Positions 1 through 10,492 are shown, counted from the stretch's first letter. The stretch: DNA of 64,000 bases from Candidatus Poribacteria bacterium (GCA_963663765.2 CAXXUA010000005.1:576001-640000), one strand, 5' to 3'. Numbers and translations are program-made. The notes: a model not told the origin generated them from the sequence alone.

Positions 1-435
1 CAACCCGTGAATTGTCGTTGGGGATTCTGGTGTTTTGTCGAATTGATAGGTCTTACCCTCAAATTCCCATTTACCATCCCGAATTCGATTTGGAAAAGGA
101 AATAGGATAGGATTACCATAAGCAGTTGGTCGTAGTTTGAGAGTCTCTATATCAGGTGGTTCGTCTATAATGTTTAACCATGTATTACCATCGGCAATTC
201 TAAACGAATAACAGTTATTTCCAAGTTCAGGGATGATCTTGGCAATTGCTTTTCCTTTTTGCTCAATGGAATAAATGTCGTAGTCATGCGAATGGGTAGA
301 TTTGCTTGCTAAATAGATTGTTTGCATTACTATATTCTCTTTATCAGAGTTTGTTTTCCTCTTTGGTAATAATAGAAGAACGCAGGCTGTCACAATACAA
401 AGAACGCATATAAAGGACAAAGCAATGTACTTCAT
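1..435 (-). CDS. Aldose 1-epimerase family protein, 5' part (runs off the window)
   Basis: Manual translation from ATG 435: MKYIALSF...GNPILFPFPNRIRDGKWEFEGKTYQF...TIHGL. The PxxNRI and HG motifs are typical of the galactose mutarotase fold. Possible alternative start at 328 (MQTI). Confidence 0.8.
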   Translation of the reverse strand, partial: MKYIALSFICVLCIVTACVLLLLPKRKTNSDKENIVMQTIYLASKSTHSHDYDIYSIEQKGKAIAKIIPELGNNCYSFRIADGNTWLNIIDEPPDIETLKLRPTAYGNPILFPFPNRIRDGKWEFEGKTYQFDKTPESPTTIHGL

Positions 436-453
436 CTTTCATTCTCTCAACTA

Positions 454-1065
454 TTATTTTCCACACCATAGAATACCGCGCCGCAACACTTCATGAAAAT
501 TCGGATGAGAATAGGTTCTGTTATCGTGTCCACTCTGTAGACAGAAAACTCGCGAATTTCCATATTCGCGAGTCCACCCTATAACTTTCATACTATTAGG
601 ATGATCTACAGTGAGAAGTATAGTACTGTCTTCACCCGTAGATTTCATCGTATAGGTTTCGTCAATCATTTCCCAATTAGATAGGTCTTTGGTGATAGTA
701 TGAGTAGGGTCTGTAACTTGCACTTGAAGTGTCTGCTTGTGGAAGTAGTCAAAATCAGCACGTTCAGATATTCCACACAACTCAGAATATGCATCCCAAT
801 CAGGAAACGCCAATATTGCATGATGTAAAATGACAATTCCTTGTCCACGAACAGTGAGATCCAGAATTGTCTTTGCTTGTGCTTCTGTTGGGTATGGACG
901 ATGGAAGTTGTAAAATACTACGGTATCATAATCTTGTTGATTAGGATCGTCTACAAAGTGGTCTAAATCTTCGCGAACATAAACTATTCCTTCCATACTT
1001 TTAAATAATGCATCAAAGTCCTTTTCACGGAACCCGTGTTCACCCGTTACAACTGCAATGTTCAT
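454..1065 (-). CDS. ThuA-like (trehalose utilisation / GATase1-like) domain protein
   Basis: GxVxLHHA, DETY, WTREYGxSRVF, GHD, LRRGILW motifs. Confidence 0.85.
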   Translation of the reverse strand: MNIAVVTGEHGFREKDFDALFKSMEGIVYVREDLDHFVDDPNQQDYDTVVFYNFHRPYPTEAQAKTILDLTVRGQGIVILHHAILAFPDWDAYSELCGISERADFDYFHKQTLQVQVTDPTHTITKDLSNWEMIDETYTMKSTGEDSTILLTVDHPNSMKVIGWTREYGNSRVFCLQSGHDNRTYSHPNFHEVLRRGILWCGK

Positions 1066-1114
1066 ATTTCTATGCTGCTCCTAAATGAAAACACTTTTAT
1101 GATATTTTAACTAA

Positions 1115-1248
1115 CAGGACTTTCGCACCCAACGGTAGGCGCGCTTTGTAAGCGCGCTTTGTAAGCGCGCTGGAAACACAAAAAATGTTGAAAATTACAT
1201 CATTTTCATCACAATTCTTGATTAAATCATGAAAACTGCGTAATCCTG
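1115..1248. mobile_element. MITE family A (TIR CAGGACTTACGCA), 5-bp target duplication ACTAA
   Basis: CAGGACTTTCGCA...TGCGTAATCCTG, flanked by ACTAA on both sides. Internal REP-like GTAGGCGCGCTTTGTAAGCGCGC. Other copies at 26356, 26516 and 55433. Confidence 0.85.
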
Positions 1249-1249
1249 A

Positions 1250-2422
1250 CTAATTAACAATTGCTTGATAAGCTAACACGCGAAATTGTGCGTGAAACGG
1301 ATTATCACCGATTAATTGTGTCATCAAAATAGCAACTAATTCCTCCGCAGGATCAATCCAAAATGTAGTACTCGCAAGACCACCCCAACTAAACGTGCCA
1401 ATAGAACCGAGAGTTTGGGTTGCAGCTACATCAGTGACGACTGCAAAACCCAGACCGAATCCGCATCCTGCCCTCCACAAAGGCTGCCAATCTTCGGATA
1501 TATGATTCATCGTCATCAGTTCAACTGTTTTGCGTCCAAGTAACCTCTCACCGTTGAATTCACCCTTGTTCAACAGCATTTGACAGAAACGTAGGTAGTC
1601 AGCAGCAGTTGACTGTAAACCTGCACCACCAGCATGGAAAAAACTCAATGGACCACTTGACACAGGTGGATTCGTTATCACTTGAATACCACCATCTTCT
1701 GTCGGCTCATATACTGATGCATATCTATCCGCCTTATCCTCTGGTACTGAAAAATCCGTATCAACCATGCCTAAGGGTTCAAAAATCCGCTTTTTCAAGA
1801 ACTCTGCAAACGGCATACCCGAAACAACCTCTACAAGATAGCCAAGTACATCTGTAGACATTCCATAATTCCAAGCATCTCCAGGGTGGTGCAAAAGGGG
1901 TATATCTCCAAGTTCCTTTACCATATCTACCAGACCACCGTCAAAGAACTTTGCTTCACGATAACGATCATTAATTGGGTGTTCCCAGTCGCCTCCATAA
2001 ATCAATCCAGAAGTGTGTGTTAGAAGGTGTTTGAAAGTCACCTCCCGTTCTGCCTCAACGATGGCATCCCCATGATTAGCATAAGCTTTCATATCTTTGA
2101 AGGCAGGTATAAATCGGGATATAGGAGAATTCAGTTGGAAATGTCCTTCTTCATATAACATCATAATTGCAACACTTGTAATCGGTTTCGTCATTGAATA
2201 GATTCTGAAAATAGTATCAAAGTCAATAGGTTTTTCAGTTGCTACATCCTGCATGCCGATTTTCTCAAAGTGTGCAAGTTTCCCTGCGCGAGCTATCATT
2301 GTTAATACGCCAGGGATTTTTCCATCATCTACCCATCGTTGCATAACTGGTGTAATCCTATTTAACCGCGTTGCAGACATGCCTACTTCTTCCGGTACTA
2401 CACGCGGTAGTCCATAGTCCAT
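1250..2422 (-). CDS. Serine hydrolase, beta-lactamase class C-like family
   Basis: FRIYSMTK (SxxK), LLTHTSGL, PGDAWNY, SWGG motifs. Confidence 0.9.
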   Translation of the reverse strand: MDYGLPRVVPEEVGMSATRLNRITPVMQRWVDDGKIPGVLTMIARAGKLAHFEKIGMQDVATEKPIDFDTIFRIYSMTKPITSVAIMMLYEEGHFQLNSPISRFIPAFKDMKAYANHGDAIVEAEREVTFKHLLTHTSGLIYGGDWEHPINDRYREAKFFDGGLVDMVKELGDIPLLHHPGDAWNYGMSTDVLGYLVEVVSGMPFAEFLKKRIFEPLGMVDTDFSVPEDKADRYASVYEPTEDGGIQVITNPPVSSGPLSFFHAGGAGLQSTAADYLRFCQMLLNKGEFNGERLLGRKTVELMTMNHISEDWQPLWRAGCGFGLGFAVVTDVAATQTLGSIGTFSWGGLASTTFWIDPAEELVAILMTQLIGDNPFHAQFRVLAYQAIVN

Positions 2423-2460
2423 AATGGTTTTTCTCCTATTACTATCTGAAGTGAATACCT

Positions 2461-3714
2461 TTAGTTGCTACTTGCTTCTGAATCTCTTAAAGCTTGATAT
2501 GTCAACTTCTCAAATTCTCCTGCAAATCCATAACGATTGTTGAGGAGTTGAGTCATTAGAATAGCAACAAGTTTTTCTTCTGGATCAATCCAAAATACAG
2601 TGCTGGCAGCACCTGCCCAACTATAGGTCCCTACAGACCTACCTTTATTGTTTTCACCAACTTTCGTAATTACATTGAAGCCGAGTCCAAAGGCAGCATT
2701 CTGTCTATATTGATGATGTGGATGTCGCATCAAATCAACTGTCTCATCTGATAGAATCCTCACACCATCTAACTCACCACCATTGAGTAGCATCTGACAG
2801 AAACGCAGATAATCTGCTGCGGTTGAGACGAGTCCACCTCCACCCGATGGAAAAAAGCTGAGTTCGTCGTTTGCAAGTGGTGCATTCCCAACAAGGCGTA
2901 ATCCACCTTCATTGTTTGGTCTATAGAGTGCCGCAAACCTATCCACCTTCTCTTTTGGAACAGAAAATCCGGTGTCCATCATACCAAGCTGTCCAAAGAT
3001 GCGCGTTTGGAGGAACTCCTCAAACGGCATGTCTGATACCACTTCTACAAGGTATCCGAGAACATCTGTAGCAACACCATAATTCCATCTTTCTCCTGGT
3101 TCGTGAACAAGTGGAATGTCCCCCAACTTCTCTGCCATTTCTGCTAATGTGGAATCTTGTTTGAAAATCTTCAGTTCACCATAGAGTTTTGATATGGGAT
3201 TGTTTCCCCATCCATAAGTCAAACCCGCAGTATGTGTTAAAAGATGTTTGATGGTCATCTTATTCTTTGCATCATGTGTTTCTGTTTGTTCCTTGTTAAA
3301 AACCTTCATGTCCTTAAATGCAGGAATATAATTCTCAACTGGGTCGTCAAGTTTGAAATGTCCATCTTGAAATAGGATCATCACAGCAACACTGGTAATT
3401 GGTTTTGACATTGAATAGATGCGAAATATGGTGTCAACTTCAACCGGTTTCTGATTTTCAACATCACGCATACCAAGTGGATTAAAATGCACTATATTTC
3501 CATCTTTTGCAATGACAGTCAAGAAGCCGGGTAGTTGTCCTTTATCAACATATTCCTGCAGTGCAGGTGCAATCTTATCAAGTGACTCTGTGGAAAGTCC
3601 TAAATCCTCAGGTGCTGCCTTCGGTAGACCCTGTTCATGAACTACTTTAGACTTTCCACAAGCAAGAACCAGAATGCAAATAATAAGAAAATAATAAATC
3701 CTTGGTATTTTCAA
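2461..3714 (-). CDS. Serine hydrolase, beta-lactamase family, probable lipoprotein; paralog of 1250-2422
   Basis: Signal peptide with lipobox VLAC; SMSK, LLTHTAGL, PGERWNY motifs. Confidence 0.88.
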   Translation of the reverse strand: MKIPRIYYFLIICILVLACGKSKVVHEQGLPKAAPEDLGLSTESLDKIAPALQEYVDKGQLPGFLTVIAKDGNIVHFNPLGMRDVENQKPVEVDTIFRIYSMSKPITSVAVMILFQDGHFKLDDPVENYIPAFKDMKVFNKEQTETHDAKNKMTIKHLLTHTAGLTYGWGNNPISKLYGELKIFKQDSTLAEMAEKLGDIPLVHEPGERWNYGVATDVLGYLVEVVSDMPFEEFLQTRIFGQLGMMDTGFSVPKEKVDRFAALYRPNNEGGLRLVGNAPLANDELSFFPSGGGGLVSTAADYLRFCQMLLNGGELDGVRILSDETVDLMRHPHHQYRQNAAFGLGFNVITKVGENNKGRSVGTYSWAGAASTVFWIDPEEKLVAILMTQLLNNRYGFAGEFEKLTYQALRDSEASSN

Positions 3715-3737
3715 ATTCCTCTCCTTCTATGTTTTTT

Positions 3738-4544
3738 CTATTGAACTTGTTTGATGTATCCCCATCGCGTAGTAAGTTTGCTTTCAGGGTCAACACTCAA
3801 TATTTGTGCTAATCCAACCGCCATAGCTTCCTTTATTTCGGCTTCGCTTCTTGCGATGTTAGAAATACGTATCTCTTCAATAATACCATATAATCCGGCA
3901 GTATTTCCTACATTCGCTACACCGATGGTAATCGGATCGTTGCTTTGGAAAGTATTAGAATTATCCTTTTCAAATTCTAATACACCGTCAACATATACAC
4001 GTCCCGTTTCCCCATCAAAAGTAAACGCGAGATAGTGCCAAACACTGTCTGTGATGTCGGTAGTTCCATTTAAATTGAATGCACAACCACCATTTGCTCC
4101 TATCTGTCCATGCAAAACCTTGCTCGTATTATGTACCCATATACCGTAGTTTCGATTATTACATCCCTGCATCTGTTTGCACACAATACCTTGCCAATTT
4201 CCTGCGTGTTCAGTTATTTTGACTAAGGCTTCAATGGTAAGAGTCTCTAACTCCAATTTGCTGGTCGAATCAACAACGATATAACCACTGCCATCCCCTG
4301 GAAACTGTATCCCTGTCCCAAATTTTGCTTTGACCCTATTTAGGTTACCGGTGAATTCACCTTCGTGTCCATTGCCCGAAGCATCTCTAACAACAGTACC
4401 GCTTTCCTCTTCAAAAAGCCAGACTGCTACAGTGTTTTCGTCTACTACAGCATCTGTTGAAATAATACTTGATAGCAGAAAAACTACAATTGCAAGAATA
4501 CTAATTTGTGTCATATATGATATTCTTAATTTTGAATCGCACAC
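3738..4544 (-). CDS. Secreted LamG-like jellyroll domain protein with Poribacteria-type C-terminal motif
   Basis: Signal peptide; WLFEE, WHYLAFTFDG, YVDG, GIIEEIRISN motifs; tail VDPESKLTTRWGYIK. Real start may be 4514. Confidence 0.85.
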   Translation of the reverse strand: MCDSKLRISYMTQISILAIVVFLLSSIISTDAVVDENTVAVWLFEEESGTVVRDASGNGHEGEFTGNLNRVKAKFGTGIQFPGDGSGYIVVDSTSKLELETLTIEALVKITEHAGNWQGIVCKQMQGCNNRNYGIWVHNTSKVLHGQIGANGGCAFNLNGTTDITDSVWHYLAFTFDGETGRVYVDGVLEFEKDNSNTFQSNDPITIGVANVGNTAGLYGIIEEIRISNIARSEAEIKEAMAVGLAQILSVDPESKLTTRWGYIKQVQ

Positions 4545-4694
4545 GATCTTTACTCCTCTATTTTGAAGGATTGAAAAACTAATCTATATTTACATTAAGA
4601 TCTTACCTTTAGAAACTGTTCTGTCTATACAATACACTTATGTTGTAATGTTATCATATAGCATTATTTGTGTCAATAGTGTATTAAACTTGGG

Positions 4695-4816
4695 CAAGGT
4701 TATTCAGTTTTCAATATTTTTGGCTTTTTGAAAAAAGAAACCCCGCGGTAGGAGCGACCTCCCGGTCGCGATTTTCTCACAAAAATGTGAAAAATGGTTA
4801 AAACTGAATAACCCTG
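4695..4816. mobile_element. MITE family B, short form (TIR CAGGGTTATTCAG)
   Basis: CAAGGTTATTCAG...CTGAATAACCCTG; flanks TAAACTTGGG / TATACTTGGG; internal REP GTAGGAGCGACCTCCCGGTCGCG. Confidence 0.8.
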
Positions 4817-4826
4817 TATACTTGGG

Positions 4827-5133
4827 CAGGGTTATTCAGATGTAGGTATTTTTGATAATTTTTTACTCTGACGTTAATTTTGTGTGTTGCCATCTTCTCC
4901 GTGTCTTTAGTCCCGTAGGGACGATATGTTTATAGATAAATGTTATCCACCTCTCTTGAGTTCCGTAGGAACGACATAGAAGAATAAATATATCGTCACT
5001 ACGGGACTAAAGAGCGAAGTTCATGTTTCAATAATCTAAAATTGATATATAAAGATCGGTTAGGAAACCGATCCCAGGTATTAACTTTCAGTAAATATCA
5101 ATAACAGAATACTCTTAAAACTGAATATCCCTG
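4827..5133. mobile_element. MITE family B, long form, 9-bp target duplication ATACTTGGG
   Basis: CAGGGTTATTCAG...CTGAATATCCCTG; internal TAGTCCCGTAGGGACG palindromes; inverted copy at 11642-12063. Confidence 0.85.
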
Positions 5134-5362
5134 ATACTTGGGTGTGTAAAGTTTTTACTTATGTCTGAACCAGGATATACAAAATCAAGGGTATGAATGC
5201 GCGTATGGTATTCATACCCTTGATTTGGACCTGGACAACGATGTCATATTACCGATTTTATTTCTTAATCTTCATTAAATTAATGAACTGTAGGAATGAA
5301 CTCCGATTCTTGATCGTTACATTGAAACGTAGAGAATCGGAGAACGTTCCTACAAACGGTTA

Positions 5363-8350
5363 CTATTCTTCAAGTGTAAATCGATGTACACCACTACCTA
5401 ATGTTCCAACATATAGTGTTTGACCATCAACATCAAAGCAGGCAATTTGATATGGAATCTCTGGTGTAACCTGCTTCCATTTACCTGTTTTTTCTTCTAT
5501 TTGAAATATTAACTTACCAACTTGACCGAATACCTTCGAGTCTTCAACAGCAAACCTATCTACAACGGGAGAAACCCCCTCTGTATCTGTGATAATCTGC
5601 CATTCAATTCCGTTTTTGGATCTCACAACACCCTTATCAGTTGCAACGTAGACGGTATTTCCGGCAATAGTAATATCATTGAATTGAACATCTGTAAATG
5701 GCAGTTTTGAAGTAACATCATTCCAGTTGTCTCCTTCATCAAAGGATAGCATAAGGTTTCCATCTCGTTTTCCAACATAAACAGTCTGACCGGAAACTGC
5801 AATTTTGAAACCGCTCGAATATGGATTAATGTTGTGATTATTATATATATCATAGTCAGTTTCATCTATCAGTTGCGTATTGTACCATTTAGATTCACCC
5901 GGCTTCCATCTTAAGAGTACCTTGCTGAATTCTATATAAACTGTAGAATTCTCTATAACGAAACTTCCAACCAGATATTTTATAGAATCATTTAGACTAT
6001 CTGGTATAATTTCGTTATATATTTCATTGAACTTTTCTGCATTGAAATGCATCGGATCAATCTTTTTTTCATTCTCAAGATTTTTCTTTCCATCTTCATG
6101 AAGAGTTTCAAGAAGTGCTTTGCTCATTTTTTTGCTTAACTCACTATTAAAGTCAGGAACACTAAAAGCAGGTATGTCAGGGACAGAACTCATACGATTT
6201 TCTTCGCTGAATTTGCGATATAAGTGAGGTGCAATGTCTCTTGTTCCTCTAGCATATAAAACACCGTTAGATTCAACTAAACTTATAATTTGTCCTGTTC
6301 TTCCTGCTATAGGCAACCAAGATTCCCCGCCATCTGAAGATGTTACCAGTTGATTACCATTGTTTGCATACAGGGAATCATTGACTGCAACTAAATTCTT
6401 CACATAACTATTTGCCATGCCTGTATTGAATTTTTGCCATGTTTTTCCAGCATTGTTGGTTCTGTACACTCCATCATTTCCCGCAGCATAGATTTGGTTA
6501 TCATTAAGAATTGCAACTGCAGGAGGAGTGTGTGTATTAACTAAACTTTCGGGAAAATTAATAATATTTCCTTTTCCATCATTTATGCAAAAACCGTATT
6601 CCGATTCACAAACCAAAAGATTGTCTTGGTATGAAGTTGTCTTGATCGTTGGAGATGTTTCTGTAACTGAGTTACTTGATACTGAATAACTACCTTTTCT
6701 TGGGTTCTTCATAGTCCTTTTCTCTAATTCAACTTTTTCCCAAGTCTTTCCTAAATTTGTGGAACAAAATATCAATAAGGACGGCTTAGCAGTCGTCATC
6801 ATTTGCATGAATTCTGAAGTTAATCTATTCTTTTCTTTTACACCTTCACCCACATAGAGTTTGTAATCCGCACTTGCCACAGAACGAATACTGTTGACTT
6901 TTCCATCTACAGGTATTAATTGCCATGTATCTGACTTTAGTCTATAGAGTCCAGAATCCGTCCCAATAAATACAGAGTTATCTATCGCGGTGATTGCGCG
7001 AATTTTCTTGTCCTTCAATTCCTTGCTCACAACATTCCATGTTTTTCCACTATCTTTGGATTGATATACACTTTTTTCCAATGCTAAATAAAGTGCTTTG
7101 TCAGTTAAAGCCATACCTGCAAACTTTCCTTCTGGTCGTGCACCTAATGAAATCCATGTCTTACCTTTGTCAATAGATGTAAATATTTCTTTGTATGATA
7201 CCACATAAAAGGTATCCTCACGTTCTATCATTTGCAACGCACTCTTAAAAGGCAGGTTAGAACTGATTAAATCCCATCTTTGTTCATCATTAGACAGTTT
7301 GTAGAGTGCCAAATCAGTTCCTGCATATAGCTCACCTTGTGTTGAATTGAAAAGTGTTCTTACAGGACCCCCTTCTGGTCCTTTTGTTTGAACCCAATCA
7401 CCTTTTATTCTTTGTGCTTCGTCTTCACTGGATTGTGCTGCAAATAGTGTCGTGTCTGAATTCTGATCAATACCGTTACCCTGTCCTATTTTAGTTAAGT
7501 TTCCACTTTGTGCTTGGACTGTCGGTTTTTCCGGATTGTCTATGACAAGTTGAGCTTCAGTAATTTCAATCGTCGGTGCAGTTTGTGCATTCAAACTATA
7601 GGGTTCTTGAAAATGAAACAAGTTTTGAGCACCAATACCAATCAGCAACAGGACGAAAATTGCAGATGCTGCAGAAATTGCTATGGGTAATAATGGCTTA
7701 GTTGTTGATGGAACAATTGGTTTTAGTTCGGTAATTTTCTGCATGATGTTTTCTGTGAGTTGTGTAGGCAGGTGGAAACTGCTCAAGTTTTCTTTAATCA
7801 TGGATTCCTCCTTCTTTAATCTATTGCGTGCGCGGTGTAGTCTACTCCGAACAGTATTTGGAGCTACACCTAAAAATTTACCAATATCTTCACATGTCAT
7901 TTCAGCAATGTAATAAAGATTTATTACCGTGCGTTCACTCTCTTTTAATTGACTGAGCAACTTCTGTACGATTGCACGTCGTTTATTGTTTACTGCATCT
8001 TCGCGTTGTTGTGTCATATATTCTGAGTAGTACACCTCCTCTAATTCAACTGGATCAGTATCTTCTAACGACCGTAGATTTAGCCTTTTCTTACGAAACC
8101 AGTTTTTACACTTTCTATCAGCGATAACATAAAGCCAACCCGCAAAGCGATTGTAGTGCTTGAGTGTCTCCAGCTTTTGATATGCTGTTAGGAAGGTATC
8201 CTGCGTAATTTCTTGCGCAACATGGAAATCACCAATTTTCTGCCAAGCTAATGCATGTATCTGTTTCTGGTATTTTTCCACAAGTGCAGCAAAAGCTTTA
8301 TCATTACCATCTATGGTTTGTTGAATCAAGTCAGCATCATTGCTTTTCAT
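5363..8350 (-). CDS. ECF sigma-70 factor fused via a TM helix to a large BNR/Asp-box beta-propeller domain
   Basis: Sigma2 (AFAALVEKY...AQEITQDTFL...FAGWLY) and sigma4 (TVRSRLHRARNRL); hydrophobic segment near aa 225-245; repeated SxDxGxTW motifs. Confidence 0.9.
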   Translation of the reverse strand: MKSNDADLIQQTIDGNDKAFAALVEKYQKQIHALAWQKIGDFHVAQEITQDTFLTAYQKLETLKHYNRFAGWLYVIADRKCKNWFRKKRLNLRSLEDTDPVELEEVYYSEYMTQQREDAVNNKRRAIVQKLLSQLKESERTVINLYYIAEMTCEDIGKFLGVAPNTVRSRLHRARNRLKKEESMIKENLSSFHLPTQLTENIMQKITELKPIVPSTTKPLLPIAISAASAIFVLLLIGIGAQNLFHFQEPYSLNAQTAPTIEITEAQLVIDNPEKPTVQAQSGNLTKIGQGNGIDQNSDTTLFAAQSSEDEAQRIKGDWVQTKGPEGGPVRTLFNSTQGELYAGTDLALYKLSNDEQRWDLISSNLPFKSALQMIEREDTFYVVSYKEIFTSIDKGKTWISLGARPEGKFAGMALTDKALYLALEKSVYQSKDSGKTWNVVSKELKDKKIRAITAIDNSVFIGTDSGLYRLKSDTWQLIPVDGKVNSIRSVASADYKLYVGEGVKEKNRLTSEFMQMMTTAKPSLLIFCSTNLGKTWEKVELEKRTMKNPRKGSYSVSSNSVTETSPTIKTTSYQDNLLVCESEYGFCINDGKGNIINFPESLVNTHTPPAVAILNDNQIYAAGNDGVYRTNNAGKTWQKFNTGMANSYVKNLVAVNDSLYANNGNQLVTSSDGGESWLPIAGRTGQIISLVESNGVLYARGTRDIAPHLYRKFSEENRMSSVPDIPAFSVPDFNSELSKKMSKALLETLHEDGKKNLENEKKIDPMHFNAEKFNEIYNEIIPDSLNDSIKYLVGSFVIENSTVYIEFSKVLLRWKPGESKWYNTQLIDETDYDIYNNHNINPYSSGFKIAVSGQTVYVGKRDGNLMLSFDEGDNWNDVTSKLPFTDVQFNDITIAGNTVYVATDKGVVRSKNGIEWQIITDTEGVSPVVDRFAVEDSKVFGQVGKLIFQIEEKTGKWKQVTPEIPYQIACFDVDGQTLYVGTLGSGVHRFTLEE

Positions 8351-8384
8351 TGCAAACCTCAAAACAAATTAGTCTTTAAATATA

Positions 8385-8413
8385 TAGACACAATTCTGGA
8401 GAAGATAATTGCA
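8385..8413 (-). promoter_or_regulatory. Putative ECF-type promoter TGCAAT-N17-TGTCTA
   Basis: Lies upstream of the ECF gene; similar motifs precede the other ECF loci in the window. Confidence 0.5.
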
Positions 8414-8532
8414 TAATTTGCAAAATAATGTTTTTGTGGGAGAGTGGGAGGAATTTGGAAATAAAATTCATTTTGCAAAATGATAGTTCAATTGGAATAG
8501 TATTTTTCATATTTAGATGTAATGAAAACAGA

Positions 8533-8569
8533 AAAACCCCTATGCCTTACAGCACAAGACATAGGGGTT
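8533..8569 (-). terminator. Rho-independent terminator after the sulfatase-like gene
   Basis: Inverted repeat AAACCCCTATG...CATAGGGGTTT followed by a T-run on the minus strand. Confidence 0.65.
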
Positions 8570-8594
8570 TGAATTATGAAAGGCCATTTAGCTG

Positions 8595-10043
8595 CTATTC
8601 CTTATCATCATCAGGATAATCAATTGCCCACTTACCGCGTCCCTCTCCGGTGGGAGGTTCTTGCCATAAAGCAAGGAAACGTTCTGGAGCGTTGTGTTCC
8701 AATAGATGCGCCATAAAAAGCTGATGAAGCTCAGTGATTAGGTCTGAATTATCTTCAGCAAGGTTATTCGTAGCAATTGGATCAACTGTCAGGTCAAACA
8801 ACTCAGGAGTTCCATAAGCACCAACAGGTGCATATCCCCATCGTTCAGTGACAAGGAACGGTGTCGTTGCTCGACGCGGGACAGTACCATTACGGGAACC
8901 TATATGTGTACCTGTAACAGCATATTCTCTGTGTTGACTTTCACCACTTAAGAGTGCTTCAGCAAATGACCGACCTTCAAAAGGTTTCGGTGGGTTAAGC
9001 GTAACACCTGCCAGATCACACAAAGATGGGAGTATATCCATGGGTTGTGCAATCATATCAAGCTGTTGACCTTGTGGAATATTATTTCCTGCTATCAAGA
9101 ACATCTGATGGTTGATTTCGGGATATGTAGGCCAAAACCGCGGATCTTCTGAATCAATGTTAGATTTTCCAGTTCTATCATGTTCTCCAATTGACATACC
9201 GTGGTCTGACATCACAACAACAATCGTGTCATCCCATAGTTCAAGGTCTTCCACCTTTTCAAGAATACGACCAATATGTCGGTCAACCATTTCTGATTCA
9301 CCAGCGTAGTGCGCCCAGAGGTTGTACAACTCTGCATCGGTGTAAATAGAGGAACGTCCATAGTTTGGATGAAGCATCGGTGCTCCAGAATAGTCAGGAT
9401 CATAACGTCTCACGATGTATTCGGGAGGATCCCACGGTTCGTGAGGATCAAAAAAGTCAACCCACAGGAAGAAAGGTCCTGAACGGTAGTTCTCTTCTAA
9501 GAATCGTATAGCGGTTTGTGATGTTCTCCCAGAAAACGTCTCCGCTTCATATTGATAATATCGGTTCGTCCAACGGTGCGTATTCGGTAAGGTGTTACCC
9601 CTAAAAGCTGGGTTTGGACGTGTCTTATTGTCAGGCATGATAGTCTGAATCTCATCGTTGAGATGTAGCAGAGGTTTGTCCCCCTCCTGCCCGCGATGTT
9701 GAAATGCAGCTTGAAAACCTTGTTGGAATCGTGCATTGAATAGATGCGGACAATCACAGATTAACTGTGTGGCATATCCCTGACCAGCCAAGAGTTTGGC
9801 GATATGGTTCGGTCCACTCAGGTCAATTGCTTGCCATCCATAGTGAGGCCACCCCAATGTACTGGTTGCGACATCCGTACGATGAGGAATTGTGGGGAAA
9901 CTGCTCATATAGAATTTATCTATAGCAGTAGCACGTTCAGCTTCAAATCTATCAAGCATCGGTGTTCGGATTGGCTTTTCTGCCCGTTCACCGAGGTTGT
10001 CATGACGAAATGTATCAGTAATTAGTAAGACGATATTTTTCAT
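8595..10043 (-). CDS. Sulfatase-like hydrolase (alkaline phosphatase superfamily) with Thr at the nucleophile position
   Basis: NIVLLITDT, PTIPHR, DPHEPW, SDHG, ELFDLxxDP motifs. Confidence 0.88.
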   Translation of the reverse strand: MKNIVLLITDTFRHDNLGERAEKPIRTPMLDRFEAERATAIDKFYMSSFPTIPHRTDVATSTLGWPHYGWQAIDLSGPNHIAKLLAGQGYATQLICDCPHLFNARFQQGFQAAFQHRGQEGDKPLLHLNDEIQTIMPDNKTRPNPAFRGNTLPNTHRWTNRYYQYEAETFSGRTSQTAIRFLEENYRSGPFFLWVDFFDPHEPWDPPEYIVRRYDPDYSGAPMLHPNYGRSSIYTDAELYNLWAHYAGESEMVDRHIGRILEKVEDLELWDDTIVVVMSDHGMSIGEHDRTGKSNIDSEDPRFWPTYPEINHQMFLIAGNNIPQGQQLDMIAQPMDILPSLCDLAGVTLNPPKPFEGRSFAEALLSGESQHREYAVTGTHIGSRNGTVPRRATTPFLVTERWGYAPVGAYGTPELFDLTVDPIATNNLAEDNSDLITELHQLFMAHLLEHNAPERFLALWQEPPTGEGRGKWAIDYPDDDKE

Positions 10044-10202
10044 GAATTATAATTCACCTATTAACAATTAATATTACTTATTTCTACCATGCTAAGATAA
10101 CTCCTCCTTTAAGTCAAATTAAATAAGAAAAGGCAGATACCTATAAAGATACCTGCCTGTCCACTATTCTGACGGTAAAGAGATTATTGCCACGGATGTC
10201 TT

Positions 10203-10433
10203 CTATAACGATTGCATACATCCACAACCACTTTCATTACAGAGATCACAAACAATGTATAAATTTCTCGCTGTGATAAGTGTCAAGGGAACCGACACCA
10301 CTTTGTGTTTTCCTCCGATCGCGTGTATTAAATGTTTCCCTGTTGCCTTCGCATGTGCGTTTGGGTTGCTACCCAACTCATAATCCCACCCCTCAACATC
10401 TATTTCAACAAGTTCATATCTTGATATAGTCAT
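10203..10433 (-). CDS. Hypothetical protein, possibly a fragment
   Basis: ORF only; may be the frameshifted continuation of 10493-10813. Confidence 0.3.
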   Translation of the reverse strand: MTISRYELVEIDVEGWDYELGSNPNAHAKATGKHLIHAIGGKHKVVSVPLTLITARNLYIVCDLCNESGCGCMQSL

Positions 10434-10492
10434 CAGCCTATTGCCAAAGATTCAATTGCTGACCATTTTCTTCATAAACAATCTGTCGTGCG

